64,000 nucleotides of DNA from Candidatus Tayloriibacteriota bacterium (GTDB taxonomy: Bacteria > Patescibacteriota > Minisyncoccia > Phycocordibacterales > PALSA-1337), in contig JANNAN010000007.1 of NCBI GenBank assembly GCA_031384385.1, positions 10,236 through 74,235 of the forward strand. The letters run 5' to 3'. A program made the position numbers and the translations under genes. How positions within the stretch are numbered: the stretch's first letter is position 1; each line of letters starts with the position of its first letter. Below are positions 30,130 to 38,833 of the stretch, one piece after another. Below the pieces are notes generated by a model. It was not told the origin of the DNA, did not search any database, and saw only the letters and a list, made by a program, of their open reading frames with translations.

Positions 30130-32994
30130 TTATTGTATGGATTTTTTAGTAAGAGGTCCAAATATTCCTGTTGGTGATATGTTCATATTTATCTGATATT
30201 TCATAACAGCGTCGCGTGTAAAACTACCAAAGAATCCTTTGACTGTACCGACAGGGAGTATGAGATAACCTCTTGATTCAAGTAATGTTTGAAGTGATAT
30301 GACATCATCTCCTGTAAAACCGAATGAAAGATCTCTAGAATATGTACTTGTGCCTATTATAATTGGAGTAATGACAGGTGTGATAATGTTATTTGGTGTA
30401 ATATATTGAGATAATATTGTCTTACAAGTTGCAGTTCTAGTCATTGGTCCAAAATATCCCGTTGTCGGAACATTCACAATTCCTTGATGAGTCATAACCG
30501 AAGCTTTAGTGATTGCTCCAAAATATCCTTTGCTTACATTAACGGGCATTATTAAAAGTCCCTGAGATTCAAGATGGGTTTGAAGTGCGGATACTTCGAC
30601 GCCGCTATCGCCCATAGAAAGATTGCGTTCGAAATTACAACTTGCTGGTGTTATCACAACTGGCGTTGAAGCCGCAAAAGGTAAAATTATTTTCCTAATA
30701 CTACTTCCTCCTGACCTACTACTTGAAGATGAATTTGAAGATCCAACACCTGATGAGACAACTGTGGCAATAAGTCCGCGCCCTGTTCCTGATGAACCTC
30801 CACTTGAAAGATCGCCGGTAAATGGTGTTGAGCCATTAAGTATTACGATAGTTTGTCCTGAACTTGTCACACCAACATTAGCAAAACCACTATCGATACT
30901 TGTACTCAAATTGTCAAAACCAGATTTTGATACAGCGATTGATCCAGAACTTGTTGAAATAAAATAATATGCATTTGATACTGAAGTCGCAGCAGATGTT
31001 CCTCCATGAGTTACAGTCGCACCAGTCACAGCTGACCCGTTTGCATCACTGACCAATACTTTGAGAGTGTATTGTGTATCAGATAAAGTTTGAATTGATT
31101 GAGTATCTACATTGGCACTACGATTTGTGGTATCTCCAGAGGTACTTGTGACATATCCGCTTTTTGTGATGGTGATATCATTTGCAGTTCCATCTTCGCT
31201 GGTTGGTACTGGACAATATGCAATATTGGAAACAATGGTACATATAGTATTAGAAGAACCTGCAGTGACTGTTGCACCTGTTAGATTTTCTCCTGCTTCC
31301 GTTTGAAGTGTAATCTTCTGTGCAAATTGCAAACCTTGTCCACTCGCATTATTTCCTGCGGATACAGAAGATGTGAGAATAGATCCTGATCCGAAAGTGA
31401 TTGAAGTTGTGCTAGTTTGATTTGCGCTTACATTTGTAAGTCCTGTATTGTTTGTGGTTGCGGTGACATATCCGTTTTTTGCAAGAATAAGTGATCCTGA
31501 ACTGGTAGTTGTTGCCCAGTATGCGATATTTGATGTACTCGTAGAAACAGTAATACCGCCAAATGTTTTAGTCAGAAGATCAGAAATGTTAATTGCAGTT
31601 CCTAGTTCATCTGCAACAGTAACTTTTAAAGGATAACCGAAGCCGACAGTTGTCTGAATATTTCCACTTGCTTGTCCAATGCCAAATGTTTTTTGACTTG
31701 TAAGTGCTGAAATCAAATTTCCTGTGTCAGCAACAGTTCCTGCTGTCAGGTAGGCAGTATTTGCAGTCATACCATCAACAGTCACATTGTTTAAACTAAG
31801 TCTTATAGCATCATCGCCACCTCCATTTCCTGTAGTTGCGATATAGATCACATCACTTGCAACAGCTGAAGCAATGATAGATATACCACCAGATCCTGTA
31901 ATAGAAATATCAGTCGATGTAGCTCCAGGAATGCCGTTTGCGATATTTGTTATGTTTCCACCCAATTCTGATTTAAGGGCTGTAGATTTTAATGCGTATT
32001 CAAGACCTTTTAAGTTGAGCGTCTGTCCAATACTTATAGGGCTTGAGTTTATAGCATTTGCACCGAGAGTGATATTTGTTTGTCCTGTACTGTCTGCTGA
32101 TACATTTGCGAGTGCTGTGTTTGTAATGGCATTTGGAATAAATCCTGTTTTATTGATAACAATAACTTTTGACAATCCTGCACTAGGTGCAAAATAAAAG
32201 ACATTTGAAGAGGATGCAGTTTCAATTGATCCATCGAAAGTGATAGATGTTGGAGTTATACTATTTCCCAATTCATCTGCTACGCTAACTTTTACTTGAA
32301 ATAAAATATTTGTAGGAGAGATAGATCCTTGAACATCAGTAAGAGATGTTCGATTTCCGACACTTGATGAAGTATTTGTAACATAACCAGACTTTGCAAT
32401 ACTCAATGCTGCACCATCTGATGCAATAGGAACTGGACAATAAAAAATGCCTAGTGTTTGGGCTTCGATACAAACTGTTGCACCGACTCCGACCGTAGCA
32501 CCAGAAAGTGCACCCCCATCTCCTTCACGAGTGATTGTTGCTTTGTGTGCAAACTTTACCGAGTCAGAGCCAGTGAATGTGAAAGAGTTAACACTATTGA
32601 GAAGCGATTCGATGGCTCCAAGTTTTTCTTTTGTCACATAGCCGTCTTTACTCACTTGTATATCAAGGGAACTACCAACAATACATGTACCAGCATTTAA
32701 AAGGAGATTGGTAAGTGTTGTAAGATCAGTTATAGATACCACACCAGAAGAATTAGTGGTAACTCCAACATCAGTATATGATCCTGCATTACATTTTATT
32801 TTCACTATCGCTCCTTCAAGGGCAGTGGCTGAGACTGCCTCACGATTGACTGTGATAGTTAGCCCATCAGTGATGGCTGCATGAGCACTCTGTGGTGTAT
32901 ATAAAAAGTTGATAATAGAAATAAAAAATAGGACCATAAAAATAGACCCCATTCGAAACGATCCACGCGCATGTATAAAATTTTTCATTATCAT
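30130..32994 (-). CDS. Large secreted surface protein: signal peptide, at least 5 Thr/Ser/Gly-rich beta-sandwich repeats each ending in KSGYVT, and two C-terminal PG_binding_1-like peptidoglycan-binding domains
   Basis: 954 aa. Repeats: SKDGYVTKE, AKSGYVTNTSSS, AKNGYVTATTNN, TKSGYVTSTSGD. Two C-terminal ~60-aa units LS.G..G..V..LQ..LE..G.L......G.FG..T..AV...Q. An SSSSS linker is present. Confidence 0.7.
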   Translation of the reverse strand: MIMKNFIHARGSFRMGSIFMVLFFISIINFLYTPQSAHAAITDGLTITVNREAVSATALEGAIVKIKCNAGSYTDVGVTTNSSGVVSITDLTTLTNLLLNAGTCIVGSSLDIQVSKDGYVTKEKLGAIESLLNSVNSFTFTGSDSVKFAHKATITREGDGGALSGATVGVGATVCIEAQTLGIFYCPVPIASDGAALSIAKSGYVTNTSSSVGNRTSLTDVQGSISPTNILFQVKVSVADELGNSITPTSITFDGSIETASSSNVFYFAPSAGLSKVIVINKTGFIPNAITNTALANVSADSTGQTNITLGANAINSSPISIGQTLNLKGLEYALKSTALKSELGGNITNIANGIPGATSTDISITGSGGISIIASAVASDVIYIATTGNGGGDDAIRLSLNNVTVDGMTANTAYLTAGTVADTGNLISALTSQKTFGIGQASGNIQTTVGFGYPLKVTVADELGTAINISDLLTKTFGGITVSTSTSNIAYWATTTSSGSLILAKNGYVTATTNNTGLTNVSANQTSTTSITFGSGSILTSSVSAGNNASGQGLQFAQKITLQTEAGENLTGATVTAGSSNTICTIVSNIAYCPVPTSEDGTANDITITKSGYVTSTSGDTTNRSANVDTQSIQTLSDTQYTLKVLVSDANGSAVTGATVTHGGTSAATSVSNAYYFISTSSGSIAVSKSGFDNLSTSIDSGFANVGVTSSGQTIVILNGSTPFTGDLSSGGSSGTGRGLIATVVSSGVGSSNSSSSSRSGGSSIRKIILPFAASTPVVITPASCNFERNLSMGDSGVEVSALQTHLESQGLLIMPVNVSKGYFGAITKASVMTHQGIVNVPTTGYFGPMTRTATCKTILSQYITPNNIITPVITPIIIGTSTYSRDLSFGFTGDDVISLQTLLESRGYLILPVGTVKGFFGSFTRDAVMKYQINMNISPTGIFGPLTKKSIQ

Positions 32995-33130
32995 TTATTT
33001 TCCATTTTGTTTGCACGACAATATTTAAATGTACGCACAAAAAATTGATTATTAATATTTAAATTGTATCGCATATATTATAAAAAATAAATAGTTTGAA
33101 ATATAATGTGGTATAATTATCTATAAAAAT

Positions 33131-33613
33131 ATGAGTATTCATCCAAAAGTAAGTATTGGTCATGTACATTTAACAGTCGCTGATCTAGATCGATCACTTA
33201 GGTTCTACCGAGATCTTTTGGGGTTTGAAGTAACAACATGGTATGGAGATTCTGCAGTGTTCCTATCAGCAGGAGGATATCATCATCATATTGGATTGAA
33301 TACATGGGCAGGAAAAGATAGTACATCTGCTCCTAAGGGACATACAGGCTTGTATCATTTTGCAATTCTTTTTCCCACAAGAAAAGAATTAGCTAAGATT
33401 GTTAAGAAATTATTGGATAGTAATTATCAAATAGATGGATCAGCAGATCATGGCGTATCTGAAGCAATATATATTCGTGATTCTGATAATAATGGAGTTG
33501 AATTGTATGTCGACAGGCCGCGTGAGATGTGGAAGAAGGGTTCGGACGGCAAGTTCATAATGGAAACTTTGCCTCTCGATCTTAAAAAGTTACTTGAGGA
33601 AATTGATAATTAA
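33131..33613 (+). CDS. VOC-family (glyoxalase/bleomycin-resistance/dioxygenase fold) protein
   Basis: IGHVHLTVADLDRSLRFYRDLLGFEV, a typical VOC N-terminal module. Confidence 0.7.
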   Translation: MSIHPKVSIGHVHLTVADLDRSLRFYRDLLGFEVTTWYGDSAVFLSAGGYHHHIGLNTWAGKDSTSAPKGHTGLYHFAILFPTRKELAKIVKKLLDSNYQIDGSADHGVSEAIYIRDSDNNGVELYVDRPREMWKKGSDGKFIMETLPLDLKKLLEEIDN

Positions 33614-33938
33614 TTTTTAAGATAAATAATTAGGTGTGTATAAATTAAAAATCCTTACTAAGGTAAGCATATTAATTTCACTTCAAATATTCAGGAGGCA
33701 AAATAATCTTCATCTTTTCGAATCCTAATGCGACGCCAGCAGAGGCGTCGTTCCTTCTGTGAATTAAAAATAGGCACATACACCGCGTTTTTTAATTGCT
33801 CGACATGGTGCGGGATATCGGAACCTTTTGGAAGACAAACAAAGAGCATATTTGGCTACCGAATATCAGGCAGGGTTTCTTTGGGATAGTACGACCAACG
33901 GACAAGGAAATGGCGAAATATCGCTAAATTACCGAAAG

Positions 33939-34160
33939 TGCATAGTGCAGTATGCGAAAAATACCTTTTCTGCATAGTACAGCGTGATGAGTATGCAAAA
34001 AAGGCAAATTTTGACCACTAAATACACTGTACTGGTCAAAAAGTACGTTTTTTGACCAGTACAACGTGTGAAGTGTACAAAAAAGGTAATTCTGTCCAGT
34101 AAAACAGGTTTGTTGGACAAAATCGGTACTTTTTGTCCAGTTGAGCGATGGTCCCAAGCT
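33939..34160. repeat. Array of ~5.5 direct repeat units (~40 bp, alternating two unit types), each containing an imperfect palindrome (TGACCAGTA...TACTGGTCA / TGTCCAG...TGGACA / TGCATAG...TATGCA) followed by AAAAAG(G/T)AC...TTTT
   Basis: Read directly: units at ~33939, 33971, 34013, 34054, 34094, 34135. The array shares a GTCCAGTAAAA/AAAAAGTA core with the 42760-43140 array. Confidence 0.6.
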
Positions 34161-34666
34161 TATTTCGGCCTGTCTCCCTTCAACAATCTCTCAAAAGCCT
34201 CAAGGTTCCCCATAGCATCATGCACTGGATGATGATCGTGCTTTGTTATACTTAGCCTTTTCCAAGATGAGGCGTCTTTGAAGTCTCCGATTAAGCCAGC
34301 ATAAAAATCACCGATTCTTCTAGCAGAATATCCAAATGGATTTCTGCCTAGGGTTCGATGAAAACTATCATTGATCCACTGCCAGTCAAAAGCAGGATTG
34401 TCACTGACAAATTTAGGTCTCTCCTCGCCGCTTATTTCTTGTAGCCAGGCATCAAACTTTTTGAACACCTCCACTTCATCAAAGACCACGCCGGTCGCCA
34501 CTTTGATATTAGAATCTTCATTAGAAGGCTTTCGTTCTACCAAGACGCCATGAAAAGTAGCCTTCGATGGATATGCAACCGCACCAAATTCAGTAAGTTG
34601 TCCCATACTCGGACACTTACCGTTTGCCTCACAATCTACAAAGATTAAATTTTTTAGACTTTCCAT
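34160..34666 (-). CDS. DEDDh 3'-5' exonuclease domain protein (DnaQ epsilon-like)
   Basis: Exo I FVDCEANG, Exo II SDNPAFDWQWI and Exo III HHPVHDAMGNLEAF (H-x4-D). Confidence 0.65.
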   Translation of the reverse strand: MESLKNLIFVDCEANGKCPSMGQLTEFGAVAYPSKATFHGVLVERKPSNEDSNIKVATGVVFDEVEVFKKFDAWLQEISGEERPKFVSDNPAFDWQWINDSFHRTLGRNPFGYSARRIGDFYAGLIGDFKDASSWKRLSITKHDHHPVHDAMGNLEAFERLLKGDRPK

Positions 34667-34740
34667 ACCTATAGTTTAGCTTCAGATCCAAAATTTATGA
34701 AGCCCCCTCAAACTCTTGATGACCACTTATCCACATTTAA

Positions 34741-34823
34741 GTTTGAATACATTGATTGACTGGATGTATCCAAACATGTATACTTTGAATACATTATAAA
34801 AAAGATGTATACAAACATGAATT
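34741..34823. repeat. 42-bp direct repeat x2 (TTTGAATACATT-N8-GATGTATnCAAACATG) in the divergent promoter region, extending over the Fic start codon
   Basis: Unit 1 at 34741-34782 and unit 2 at 34783-34823. Both carry short TGTAT/ATACA inverted elements. Confidence 0.5.
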
Positions 34824-35959
34824 CTATCCAAATTGGCGAACTAAAAGAGCAGAAAGAAGGCTTCAAAGCTTTCATCCCAGGATCTTTTCCTCCGAAAGGC
34901 GGCTTTGAATTTGACCCTAAAATCGTAAAGAAAAGCGATGAGGCTACCCGTTTGCTCGGAAAGCTCGACGGCATCACTAAGCTTTTGCCAGATGCAGATT
35001 TTTTCTTGCTTATGTACTTGAGAAAAGATGCTGCATCATCAAGTCAGATCGAGGGTACAATGGCAACAATGGTTGATGCTATTGAAGCTGAAGTTCAGTC
35101 AAGCACAAAGATTCCGGAAGATGTAGATGATATTTTGCATTACATTAAAGCACTCAATTATGGAATGGAGCGGGTACAACAGGACAATTTTCCTATCTCG
35201 CTGAGGTTCATTCGAGAGCTACATAAGCAATTGATGGATAAGGCGCGCACTACACACTTCTCAGACCCAGGTGAGTTTAGGAAAACTCAAAACTGGATTG
35301 GTGGCACTCGTCCCGACAATGCTCGATTTGTTCCTCCACCGGTTGATGACATGAATAATGCACTGACTGATCTGGAAAAGTTCATGCACACTGACGATCC
35401 GACACTTACTTTGATCAAAGCGGCTCTTGTTCATGCCCAGTTTGAAACTATTCACCCGTTTCTAGATGGAAATGGCAGGACGGGCCGTATGCTTATAACC
35501 TTTTATTTATGGAAGGAAGGTTATCTCGAAAGACCGGTATTGTTTTTGTCATCCTTCTTTAAGAAGCACCAAAAAGTGTACTACGAGAGACTCTTCGGCT
35601 ATCACTTTGGTAATGCCGCGGAATGGGTTGATTTCTTTCTCGACGGCGTAATAGAGATCGCGAATGAAGCAATTGAAATTGTTTCGAAGATAACCGCACT
35701 CCGTGAAAAGGATGTCGTGAAGATACAGACGCTCGGTAAACGTGCTTCAGAAAGTGCGGTCCTTGTGCTGCCTAAATTGTATGGACAGCCAATTGTAAAT
35801 GTCTCCTTGATTCAAAAATGGACAGGGTTTAATCGTGCCGCATCTCAAACTGTAATCAAACGCTTTATAGACATGGGTATTCTTACTCCTAAGGATAAAG
35901 ATAAGAAGTATGGCAAATCATACATATACAAGAAATATGTAGATATTTTCTCTGAATAA
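34805..35959 (+). CDS. Fic/Doc-family protein (AMPylator-type Fido domain) with a C-terminal winged-helix
   Basis: Canonical Fic motif HPFLDGNGRTGRML. The start may instead be the ATG at 34817. Confidence 0.85.
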   Translation: MYTNMNSIQIGELKEQKEGFKAFIPGSFPPKGGFEFDPKIVKKSDEATRLLGKLDGITKLLPDADFFLLMYLRKDAASSSQIEGTMATMVDAIEAEVQSSTKIPEDVDDILHYIKALNYGMERVQQDNFPISLRFIRELHKQLMDKARTTHFSDPGEFRKTQNWIGGTRPDNARFVPPPVDDMNNALTDLEKFMHTDDPTLTLIKAALVHAQFETIHPFLDGNGRTGRMLITFYLWKEGYLERPVLFLSSFFKKHQKVYYERLFGYHFGNAAEWVDFFLDGVIEIANEAIEIVSKITALREKDVVKIQTLGKRASESAVLVLPKLYGQPIVNVSLIQKWTGFNRAASQTVIKRFIDMGILTPKDKDKKYGKSYIYKKYVDIFSE

Positions 35960-35964
35960 AATCT

Positions 35965-36153
35965 ATGAATCCCGTTGCAAACCAAAACCAAAAAGAAACC
36001 TATATCAAGTGCAGGAAATGCGGCACTGAGGTTTTTACCATTACAAATGGTGGTTTAATTCCATGTAAATGCGGTGCTATTTCCGTTGATGGCTCTACAG
36101 ACCTCGTGAGGGTACTTGGTAATCCCGAGGACTACGAGGAAATACAAAAATAA
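35965..36153 (+). CDS. Small zinc-ribbon protein (62 aa)
   Basis: CRKCG...CKCG. Lies between Fic and the RM gene. Confidence 0.35.
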   Translation: MNPVANQNQKETYIKCRKCGTEVFTITNGGLIPCKCGAISVDGSTDLVRVLGNPEDYEEIQK

Positions 36154-36157
36154 TTAT

Positions 36158-38833
36158 ATGAATCCTGTCGAACTTCAAGAAAATTTAGAGGATCTAACTG
36201 AAAACCTTTCGCGAGAAACGTTTATTTTTGAATTGTTGACAGCATACAGGTTGCCAAAAAGCACAGTCAGTCTTCTTAAGAAGAGTCCTTCTAAGTTATC
36301 TGGAAATAACAATCAAATTATTTTAAAAAATAAGGTCCTATTTCAAGCAACTACAATTGAGGAAGATGAGCATATTGTTATAGATAATCTCCAAAAAGAC
36401 AAAAATACATTTAGATACAACCCGAGATTTTTGATTGTTACTGATTTTCAAACATTACTTGCAGTAGATACCAAAACAAAAGAGACCCTAGATATCAAAA
36501 TAAATGACTTAGGGAGATACTATACCTTTTTCTTACCATGGGCAGGAATGGAGAAGGCACAACACGTAAACGAAAATCCTGCGGATATTCGTGCCGCAAG
36601 CAAGATGGCTAAGCTGTATGATCAAATAATAAAGGATAATCCCAATCACACTGAAAACGGACTCTATGATTTAAATGTTTTCCTATCACGGCTACTTTTT
36701 TGTTTTTTTGCTGAAGATACGGGGATATTCAAAAAGGGATTATTTACAAATTCGATTGATTCCAACACTCAAATATCAGGAGACGGCATTGGTGATTATT
36801 TCGACTCACTTTTTGATGTTTTAAATACAAAAGATACAGAGAGGTCGTCTTTTGCACATCATTTTACAGAATTTCCATATGTAAACGGCGGGCTGTTTGA
36901 AAAAAAGATCAAACTACCTATTTTTACTGCTAACTCACGTAGATTGATAATTGAGTGTGGGAAACTAGGTTGGGATGCTATCAATCCTGATATCTTCGGA
37001 TCAATGATCCAAGCGGTGGTTCATCCTGGTCAAAGAGAGAATCTGGGAATGCACTACACTTCTGTTCCGAATATAATGAAAGTCATTGAACCTCTTTTTC
37101 TAAATGATTTATATGATGAACTAGAAAATTCAAAAGATGATATTAAAAAACTAACAAAGCTACGAGAGCGTATATCAAAGATTAAAATATTTGATCCTGC
37201 TTGTGGCTCCGGTAATTTCCTGATTATTTCATATAAGGAATTATCAAAATTAGAATCAAAAATAATTGGTTGTGCTAAGGACATAGGACATCAAATGATG
37301 CCCTATTCAGGTGTGTCTCTAAACTCTTTTTATGGAATAGAGATAGATGATTTTGCACACGAGATTGCAAGGCTTTCATTGTGGCTTGCTCAGCACCAGA
37401 TGAATACCTATTTTGATGATCTGTTTGGAATGATGAAACCTACACTACCCCTCAAAGAGAGCGGAATAATTGTATGTAAAAATGCTGCAAGGATTGACTG
37501 GAATGTAGTGTGTCCTCGCATTGATTATAAAAATGAGAAATTTGAAATTTATATGGTCGGTAACCCACCATATCTAGGGTTCTTGCAACAGAAAGCTGAA
37601 CAAAAAAAAGACATGGATTTAGTTTTACCATTGGTTAATGGATATAGAAAACTAGATTACATCTCTTGCTGGTTCTATAAAGCAGCAGAATACATCTCAG
37701 AATCATTTGATATAAAAATTGCCTTTGTATCAACTAATTCGACTTCGCAAGGAGAACAGGCCTCTATTTTCTGGCCTGAAATATTCAAAATGAATGTCGA
37801 AATATTCTTCGCATACCAATCATTTAAATGGCAGAATAATGCCAAAAATAATGCTGGCGTTACCTGTGTGATTATTGGCTTGAGGAAAGTATCAAGTAAA
37901 CCAAAGTATTTATATGTTGATAATTTAAAAACTAGCGCAACAAATATAAACGCTTACTTAGCAAATTCAAGTAATGTCGTTGTTACCAAGAGAACAAAAC
38001 CGCTTTCAAATCTACCAACCATGGATCTTGGTAGTGCGGCGTATGATGGAGGTTACTTGATGCTTACTCAGGAAGAACGCAACGCCTTTATCAGTAATTC
38101 ACCTAAATCAGAGGATTTCATTAAACCTTTCATGGGATCAGCGGAGTTTATACGAAACATAAAAAGATATTGTATTTGGATTGAAGATAAAGATTCAGTT
38201 GAGGCAACTAAAATTCCAGATATTAAAAATAGATTAGAAATAGTAAAACTTTTTAGAGAAAAAAGCGGAAGAGGAAAAACACTTGAGACTGCTGAGACCC
38301 CCTATAAATTTACAGAAATAAGATATAAAAAAGCTCCAGCAATTATTGCACCGATCATTTCTTCTGAGACAAGAGAATATATACCTTTTGGTTTTATAAA
38401 GGAGGGTATCGTTGTGCCAAATTCAGCAAGAATTATATATAATTCTGAACCTCATATTTTTGCAATCATAACTTCTAGAATGCATATGGTATGGGTCCGC
38501 GCTGTTGCGGGCAGATTAAAAACTGATATTAGATACTCAGGAACGATTTGCTATAACACCTTTCCGTTTCCCTCAATTACTCTTCAACAAAAAGAAGAAC
38601 TTACTGGCCATGTTTACAATATCTTAGGTGAGCGAGAAAAATATCCCAATAGAACAATGGCAGAACTCTATGATCCAGATAAGATGCCAGATGGATTAAA
38701 AGTTGCGCATAAATATCTCGATACAGCAATTGACCAAATATATAGAAGTAAACCATTTGAAAATGACGAGAGCCGACTGTCGCATCTATTTAAACTCTAC
38801 GAAGAAATGATTATTAATGAAACAAACCAATAA
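36158..38833 (+). CDS. MmeI-like Type IIL/IIG restriction-modification fusion enzyme: N-terminal putative PD-DxK nuclease, gamma-class N6-adenine methyltransferase and a C-terminal target-recognition region
   Basis: MTase motif I KIFDPACGSGNFLI and motif IV VGNPPYLG. The YVNGGLF helical-domain motif is present. N-terminal D...VDTK is a possible PD-(D/E)xK. About 890 aa. ATG 36158 is preferred over the TTG-extended ORF at 36116. Confidence 0.7.
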   Translation: MNPVELQENLEDLTENLSRETFIFELLTAYRLPKSTVSLLKKSPSKLSGNNNQIILKNKVLFQATTIEEDEHIVIDNLQKDKNTFRYNPRFLIVTDFQTLLAVDTKTKETLDIKINDLGRYYTFFLPWAGMEKAQHVNENPADIRAASKMAKLYDQIIKDNPNHTENGLYDLNVFLSRLLFCFFAEDTGIFKKGLFTNSIDSNTQISGDGIGDYFDSLFDVLNTKDTERSSFAHHFTEFPYVNGGLFEKKIKLPIFTANSRRLIIECGKLGWDAINPDIFGSMIQAVVHPGQRENLGMHYTSVPNIMKVIEPLFLNDLYDELENSKDDIKKLTKLRERISKIKIFDPACGSGNFLIISYKELSKLESKIIGCAKDIGHQMMPYSGVSLNSFYGIEIDDFAHEIARLSLWLAQHQMNTYFDDLFGMMKPTLPLKESGIIVCKNAARIDWNVVCPRIDYKNEKFEIYMVGNPPYLGFLQQKAEQKKDMDLVLPLVNGYRKLDYISCWFYKAAEYISESFDIKIAFVSTNSTSQGEQASIFWPEIFKMNVEIFFAYQSFKWQNNAKNNAGVTCVIIGLRKVSSKPKYLYVDNLKTSATNINAYLANSSNVVVTKRTKPLSNLPTMDLGSAAYDGGYLMLTQEERNAFISNSPKSEDFIKPFMGSAEFIRNIKRYCIWIEDKDSVEATKIPDIKNRLEIVKLFREKSGRGKTLETAETPYKFTEIRYKKAPAIIAPIISSETREYIPFGFIKEGIVVPNSARIIYNSEPHIFAIITSRMHMVWVRAVAGRLKTDIRYSGTICYNTFPFPSITLQQKEELTGHVYNILGEREKYPNRTMAELYDPDKMPDGLKVAHKYLDTAIDQIYRSKPFENDESRLSHLFKLYEEMIINETNQ

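Noticed and set aside
30623-32700. Seven + strand ORFs (61-114 aa) inside the large surface-protein gene
   Set aside because: They lie antisense to a long, well-supported 954-aa ORF, have low-complexity translations and arise from the GC-rich repeats. Treated as spurious.
33700-33760. tRNA-like TTCGAATCC (T-loop-like) sequence followed by a GC hairpin (CGACGCC...GCGTCG) and CCA
   Set aside because: No complementary T-stem or acceptor stem can be drawn around it, so it is not a tRNA. It is more likely a terminator-like hairpin at the left island boundary.
33924-34157. Two overlapping minus-strand ORFs (77 and 63 aa) in the left repeat array
   Set aside because: They lie entirely within the palindromic direct repeats. 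Their translations are low-complexity and frame-redundant. Probably non-coding.
34708-34977. 89-aa minus-strand ORF overlapping the Fic gene start
   Set aside because: It overlaps the well-supported Fic CDS and the direct-repeat promoter region, and has no motifs.
36116-36157. TTG-initiated 5' extension of the RM gene
   Set aside because: It would overlap the preceding zinc-ribbon ORF. An in-frame ATG at 36158 gives a clean MNPVELQ start.
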